From: Octopus vulgaris
Lineage: Eukaryota
Length of the DNA: 64,000 bases
Assembly: GCA_951406725.2 (NCBI GenBank)
Contig: OX597824.1
Location: 13,764,001 to 13,828,000 of the forward strand
Reading direction: 5' to 3'
The translations under genes were made by a program, and so were the position numbers. The first letter of the stretch is position 1; each line of letters starts with the position of its first letter. Below, piece after piece: positions 56,975 through 64,000 of the stretch. The notes beneath the pieces were generated by a model. That model had not been told where the DNA came from. It did no database searches and was given only the letters and a program-made list of their open reading frames with translations.

Positions 56975-57748
56975 CATACATACATACATACATACATACA
57001 TACATGCATACATACCTACAGATACGTGCGTGTGTGAATGTGCGTGTATGTATGTGTGTGTATACGCGCGAGTGAAATGAATACTAAATTCATAGCGAAC
57101 TTATTACAGAATTTTGTCTTTCAAAATAATCTAAAAAGTCTTTCTACGATTACTATATTCCATCCATCCAGAATATTTTATGCATCACTTAGCACTGAAC
57201 TGCTTAGATGAGTTCAAAATACTATAAATATTCGAGATGTTAGTTACGATGCCGCAATTTTGATTAGCAAAATGTTAAAAATACTTCCATATTTAAATCA
57301 CTTAACGAACCCGTAGTATATGAGATAAGGTGAAAAGAAATAATAGAACAGAAGTGGAATATGAATTTGGTAAGTGTGGTAATGATAGCCTCAAGAATTT
57401 ATTTGCAGACTCAATAAAATTAGTTTAAAAAATGAAAAGACCTGGTTTTATATTTATATGTATAATTCTGGTTATATATTCTGAAGATAAATTTAATGTA
57501 AAGGAAACTTTCTTGAATAGATTTTCATTAAAGTACAAAGTTCGATTTGAGGTTTTATATAATAAGGCAAGACAATGAGTGGGCAGAATCGTTGGTGCGT
57601 CAGACAAATTGCTTAGCAGCGTTTCTTTTGCCTCTTTACGCCCTGGGTTCAAATCTTTTATTAAATAAACGCTGTTGGGTCGATGTATTCGATTTACCCA
57701 CCACCACCATCACCTCATGTACATGCCTACATATATATGTATATATAC

Positions 57749-58568
57749 ATGCATATATGGGTACAGGACGTCAAAAAACGTGAACAAAATGAGAAACGAA
57801 AACAAAAAAAACAAAAGCATGGAAAACGAACTTTTTTCGAATAGCGAAAAAAGCAAATAGAGTCCCCTTCACCGTCCCCCCTCTGTCTCCCTCTCTCTCT
57901 CTCTCTCTCACTCACTCTTCCTCCTTGACTCTCTCGTTGCTCATACGTGACCAACGGCTATCCATCTTTCATTCTTCCACTTCCTTCCTAAAGACAAGAC
58001 GTGCTTTTGACCGTCTCGTCTCAAAGCTCGTTTTTCACCCTCGTTGCTCACACGTGACCAACGGCTATCCATCTTTCATTCTTCCACTTCCTTCCTAAAG
58101 ACAAGACGTGCTTTTGACCGTCTCTTCTCAAAGCTTGTTTTCACCCTCGTTGCTCACACGTGACCAACGGCTATCTATCTTTCTTTCTTCCACTTCCTTC
58201 CTAAAGACAAGACGTGCTTTTACCTGTTTCTTCTCAAACCTCGTTTTTCCAACGTTCACCACTTCACCTCGTTATGTCTAAACAACCCTCACCGTTTGTT
58301 TTTATTGTTTTGTTCTTACTGTCCTGTTTTTGTTACCACTTTAACCCTCCGCAAAAAATCTCAAATTTTATTTGATTTGCGAAACGCGGAGCGGATAAAA
58401 TAGTGGACAACTGGTAAAAGGAGTGTTGCTTATGTTGCCTGCCTTGTTTCTCTATTTGTTTCTTTCGTTGTCCGAAATAAAGTTCGTTTTCCATTCTTTT
58501 GTTTTTTTAATGTTTTCGTTTCTCATTTTGTTCACGTTTTTTTTTACCTCCCGTACCCATATATGCAT
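57749..58568. mobile_element. Foldback-like element: inverted termini of about 115 bp enclosing three 107-bp tandem units
   Basis: Arms 57749-57862 and 58450-58568; units start at 57933, 58040 and 58146. Confidence 0.8.
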
Positions 58569-59357
58569 ATATATATATATATATAGGCATGTACATGTGT
58601 GTGTATATATGCATATATATTATATATATGTATATATATATATATATATATATGTATAAATATTTGTGTCTATATATTTATATATAATATATTATAACAC
58701 ACACACACATATATATATATAAATACATATATATATATATGATGGATTCTGTTGTTGTGAACGGCAAATGATGGTTCAGTAAACTAAAGCATGTTCTATG
58801 GACATAAATGTATCTCTAGAGGCTTGCTGGTACCTCGCAAAGCTTTTGGCAGATGGAACAATTTCAGAGCCCAGTTTGCTTGAGTGCTTGCGGCGCATAT
58901 ATCCGAACACATGTATGTACGCATCAAAACAAGCGGAAACATCAAAAACATCACAACTGAAGAACAATAATTTACTCTTTAATTTACTTTTTGTTTCTAA
59001 TATTTAAGATTTAGAAATTCCCTTTAAAAAAAAAAAAGGAGAAAAAAACCCCCGCGATCTGACTCCGTTTGCAGAGATCAAATAATGAAACCATAATATT
59101 TGAAAGGTTAACATCAGCGTTGTAGACAGCTAGTGTCAAATCAACCAACCAATGCTGATCAGTACTTTTTTTTTTTTTTTTTTATTTGCTGTGGATGGAC
59201 GGATTTAGTGCAGTAAGCCATAGAGTTTAATCTATAAATATCTGGCATTCAGTTTGTTTGATTTTGATAATAACCATAATCCGCTTATCATGACATCATG
59301 TCAGATATGTTTTAAAGAAAGATGCTTGTATGTACATATGCATATATATATATACAT

Positions 59358-59434
<77 letters not shown>

Positions 59435-59449
59435 CATATATATATATAC

Positions 59450-59514
<65 letters not shown>

Positions 59515-60079
59515 TACATAAATATACATGTACAAACATGTGTGTGTGTGTCTGTGTGTCTGTGTGCGCTCTTTAACTTGGCAGTTTACGAATGGTGATA
59601 GACATGTAAGATCGGATACTAAAGCCCGTTAAGCATATTTTTCATATAACTGACGTCAGTTGACGAATGTGTAAATATCTTTTCTGCGCATGGGTCTGAT
59701 TCTGATCCGAAATTCTCTCGGAGAAGACCCAGTGTGCCACCTCTACAATCAATCCCTCCCTGGAGCAGATTGCTGTACGAGTAATAGAAGCTATTCTGTC
59801 AGTTTTAAAAAAGCAAGTGATGTTGAAAATATGTAGCAAAGGTATCTGGGTAGCTGTTATCCATTAACACACATTGAACTGTTTGGTGTTGGTGGCCCTT
59901 TCATGTACTTCATTGCATATAATTACTATATCCTTCCGTGTGTAGGCAGCCACAGCTGTGGTGTGTAAAAATTTCTGAAGTACACAAATGGCCATATAGG
60001 AAAAGCAGTTGCCTTGTAGACGTTGGCATTAAGTTATTTCTTCTCCCGAGCAGAGAAAGAATGAGATCCTGTGAGAAAA

Positions 60080-60507
60080 CGCGGCGAGCTGTCAGAAACG
60101 TTGGCACGGCCGGGCGAAATGCTTAGCGGTATTTCGTCTGCCGCTACGTTCTGAGTTCAAATTCCGTCGAGGTCGACTTTGCCTTTCATTCTTTCGGGGT
60201 CGATTAAATAAGTACCAGTTACGCACTGGGATCGATATAATTGACTTAATCCGTTTGTCTGTCCTTGTTTGTCCTCTCTGTGTTTAGCCCCTTGTGGGTA
60301 ATAAAGAATTAGGTATTTCGTCTGCCGTTACGTTCTGAGTTCAAATTCCGCCGATGTCGACTTTGCCTTTCATCCTTTCGGGGTAGATGAATTAAGTACC
60401 AGTTACGCACTGGGGTCGATGTAATCGACTTGACCCCTTTGTCTGTCCTTGTTTGTCCCCTCTATGTTTATCCCCTTCTGAGCAATAAAGAAATAAGAAA
60501 TAAGAAA
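60080..60507 (+). mobile_element. SINE family B dimer
   Basis: Second monomer starts at ggtatttcgtct; imperfect flanking repeat gagatcc(t/a)gtg at 60063 and 60508. Confidence 0.9.
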
Positions 60508-60999
60508 GAGATCCAGTGTGGTCGGGATGCTCAAATGTCTATGCTGTTCTCGTTTCATTGAGCACACATAATAATGACGTTATAGATGCTGTATATGGAG
60601 AATGACTACCATCGAGAAAAAAATAAAACCACCGTCAGAATATTATCAACATATCTAGAGAAGAAACAGGATAGATACCAAGGGTTAAATGCACTGCACT
60701 CTAGTTACTCCGTATATACAATGGAGAGTAGACTTTATAGCCTCGACCCGATAAGCTGTTCTGATCTATTTTATTTATAGAATATCCAAATTGGAAACAG
60801 ATGCTGTTCACGTTAATGTTTAGAGTTGGTGGATGTCTTTCTTTAGTAAGAGAGGTAGTGCAGTCAGTACTATATATAATGTAATGGCCTGCTGTATATG
60901 TAGTTGTAATAAGAAATCATGGGTGTTGCTGAGGGCAGCAAAGTACTCTATTAGCTGATGCTACCATTTCAACCAATTTCATGCTGAAATCAAAGTGGT

Positions 61000-61055
61000 G
61001 CCGCGGGCCGGATGGAATTGCTGCACGGGCCGGGAGTTTGACATAACCGCCGTAT
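61000..61055. mobile_element. hAT (Charlie-like) terminal fragment
   Basis: gcgggccggat...cgggccgggagtttgaca resembles hAT-Charlie subterminal/TIR sequence. Confidence 0.45.
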
Positions 61056-61650
61056 AGGGTACAAGTAACGTATCATTCTATTATCAATTTGACGGCTGCG
61101 AGACTAGATACCCACACATAAAGGGATACAACATGTAACCTATTACTATGTAACTATTTTATTCAAGTATAGTAGAATCAAGATGTTTAAACTACTTAAT
61201 AAGGCCATTAGAGCCGTGGCGTAACTGTGAACGTTATGCCCGATGTTGAACACGAGCTATCATTCTTTTTACAAAACACGCGATAGACAAGAGGCTTCTT
61301 TCTGTTTTCTTGTTTTTTTATCCGCGATGCGGATTTGTGTGCATTCATTGATAAATCAGACGTCTGCAATGTCTAGCAATGAAATTTCGTTTAACCTTAT
61401 AAATAATCTTTTTCAGTTACCAATGTCCGTCCATCGGGTACATATATTTTCCAGTTGGCTACATGTAATTTTGGTGACCTTTTCGCATTAGTGCACTGGT
61501 TATTTAGGTGTTCAAAAGCTGCTTCATTTTATTTTATATATATTTTTATATTTTTATATTTCTATTTTTAATCAATGACTTGATATGGAGTAGCTTTCTT
61601 AAATACCATAACTCTTTCCCACAATGCGGCATATAAAATATCTCTCCCTC

Positions 61651-61681
<31 letters not shown>

Positions 61682-62133
61682 TTCTCGCTCTATCCCTCCC
61701 TCTACCTCTCCGTTTCTCTCTCTCCCTCCCTCTCTCCTTCACACACACAAATACACACTCACACACATTGACGTACTCAATGGGAACCAATTGAACAAGA
61801 TCATTTAAGAAATGTTTCTCTGCGGTAAAGTATTTGTCTTTTAGATAATAGGACATAAAAAATCAACAATAAAAAGCGAACAGTTTTTATTGCTTCGAGT
61901 AAAAATATCCAAAACGCTGAAACAAAATACGAGACGGCAACATGATAACACAGCAAATTAGTTCCCAGTGTCCTCATGATTTATGTGGTTATTTTAACGC
62001 ATAATGTCTTCGAAACTGATCAGGAGCAACGTCTATATTTAGCCCTTCACATATATAGCTTTACGCAAACACACAGATACGCGTGCGTGAATACATACAC
62101 ACGTAGCCGTGGGATAAATGATGACAGGCGACG

Positions 62134-62254
<121 letters not shown>

Positions 62255-62294
62255 TTTGTGTTCTGTTTTTAATTTATGTTTGATATATATATAA

Positions 62295-62685
62295 TACAAA
62301 ATGGGACAAGAACGCAAAACATCCGGACAGCTAGGTGATACAAAAATGGGACAGCAAAACATCCAGATAGACGATACAAAGAAAACAAGGACGGGTCATT
62401 CGAAGTTTTCTGTCCTCAGTTAAGTACCAGATTATCTTCTCCTTTTCGGCTGTTTATACTCGATATTGCTCGAATCTGGCCAGCTCCAAGGAAAAACTAA
62501 GCTAAGAGCATTAGATTTCTTGGAAGAAAGCAGCGAATATATACAAAAACAAGGACGGGAAAATCGGACAATATAAAACAAATACAATTAAATAATAACA
62601 GGATAGAACAACAGGTATCTTTCGACTAAGGACGAATTAAATTAAGCTGGCGTGTGTGGAAATGAAGCCTTACGGCAGGGATACA

Positions 62686-62690
<5 letters not shown>
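62295..62690 (-). mobile_element. Interspersed repeat family F, flanked by (TA)n
   Basis: Homolog of 35255-35592. Confidence 0.8.
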
Positions 62691-62723
<33 letters not shown>

Positions 62724-62823
62724 GCACACGCCACAAAACTTTCTAACCAAAACTAGATATCTAAGCGTTATCCAAGCTTAATTAGAAAACCTATGAAGAA
62801 AACCAAACAATCCCTCAGACTGC

Positions 62824-63398
62824 CTCCCCATGCGACACAACGCCATCACAAAAACAATTTACAATGCCATCCGGAAAAAATTTATCCGGTGAATACTGGT
62901 GGAACATTCCCATCAAAACATTTGTCAAGTGTAAGCATAACAGACCGGATATCTTTATTTGGGACTGACAAGAAAGAGCATGTACCGTCATAAAGGCCAA
63001 TTGTCCTACTGATGTGAAAATCTCTTTGAAAGAGAAAAAAGATGACTATCGACAACTGGTTCGAAACCTCCAGGTTCTATATCCGGATTACAAATTTACA
63101 TTTATACCGGTTATAATTGGTGCGCTTCTGTCAGTAATTACCTAGCTGTATGTCTGGATAAGCTTTGATTTTCTGCAAAATAAATCAGACAACTTACTCG
63201 CGGATTACGAATAGAATCTGTAAGCGGAACAGTAAAATAATGCAAGACGTTTATCAGGTTTAAATTGTGACGTTGTTTTCGTTACCTGTATTCCAACGAT
63301 GGGAATTCGTATCTTTGTTCGAAATCAGCTCCTTCTTTAAAGAAAGAATCTAAGAAATTAAAATTAGAAAAAAAATACATATATACATACATACATAC
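62824..63398 (+). pseudogene. 3' fragment of an R4/Dong-like non-LTR retrotransposon: restriction-like endonuclease, UTR and (TACA)n tail
   Basis: LPMRHNAITKTIYNAIRKK / EYWWNIPIKTFVKCKHNRPDIFIWD*QERACTVIKANCPTD...KEKKDDYRQLVRNLQVLYPDYKFTFIPVIIGAL contains RHN, RPD, K..Y..L and PVIIGAL motifs; stops and frameshifts are present. Confidence 0.85.
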
Positions 63399-63570
63399 AG
63401 GTTTAAAATGTGACATTGACTTCGTTATCTATATTTCAACGATGGAATTGAATCTTTGTTAGAAATCAGCTCCTTGTTAAAGAAAGACTTTAAGAAATTA
63501 AAAACAGAAAAGACATAAATACATACATACATACATACATACATACATACTTACATACATACATACATAC
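63399..63570 (+). mobile_element. Second 5'-truncated 3' end of the same LINE family with a (TACA)n tail
   Basis: Diverged repeat of 63256-63398. Confidence 0.8.
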
Positions 63571-63606
63571 ACATATATATATATATATACATAATTATAT
63601 ATACAT

Positions 63607-63642
<36 letters not shown>

Positions 63643-64000
63643 CTACTAAGTATTCAGCTAATTGCTTCACTACATACCGACTTTAGAAATAGGAGTTAAA
63701 ATTCCTTTTCTGCAACTATAAGAATCTCCATGACGGTAACATACTTTTTTACGAAGGTAAAGAGAAAAACAATGAATAAACACGAGCAGGATTAACTATA
63801 TACGCGTTTCGAGATTAAAGTGATTTAAATTTTACTTACTTCTCTCTTCAGTATAATATCTCCAATTTATAAAATTCGAAAGTGCTATGACTGAATATGC
63901 ATACAATCGAGTGTAGTCATGTAACAGATGTCCAACCAACACTTCCAAAATTTACAGAGCCGAATGTGAATATACTATCCAAACTCTATACCCACGTGTA

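Noticed and set aside
57933-58250. CRISPR-like array
   Set aside because: Whole 107-bp units repeat with no unique spacers; eukaryotic context and no cas genes
59640-60060. Decayed LINE reverse transcriptase on the minus strand
   Set aside because: Only vague resemblance (LSLLGRRNNLMP...QLLFLY); no diagnostic RT motif found

Overview
AT-rich eukaryotic non-coding DNA, saturated with microsatellites ((TA)n, (CA)n, (TACA)n, (GATA)n, (TAA)n, (GGT)n) and tRNA-derived SINEs. The repeat landscape matches what I recognise from octopus (coleoid cephalopod) genomes, which is an inference. I cannot support any intact protein-coding gene, and almost all supplied ORFs are translated microsatellites or SINEs. 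Recognisable coding remnants are all retroelement fragments: a Penelope-like GIY-YIG C-terminus (5585-5835), an RTE-like zinc-finger 3' end (43650-43885) and an R4/Dong-like restriction-like endonuclease 3' end (62824-63398). The window also holds a Helitron, a pogo/Tigger-like MITE and hAT-like MITEs. The strongest signal, invisible in the ORF track, is about ten type-I hammerhead ribozyme (HHR) motifs from several largely unrelated short elements. Most have a palindromic stem III and sit next to (TA)n arrays. They include a 551-bp-period direct-repeat, retrozyme-like unit and a 467-bp hairpin with an HHR on each strand. SINE heads and tails are visibly shuffled between families. All coordinates were read by eye and may be off by a few bases.
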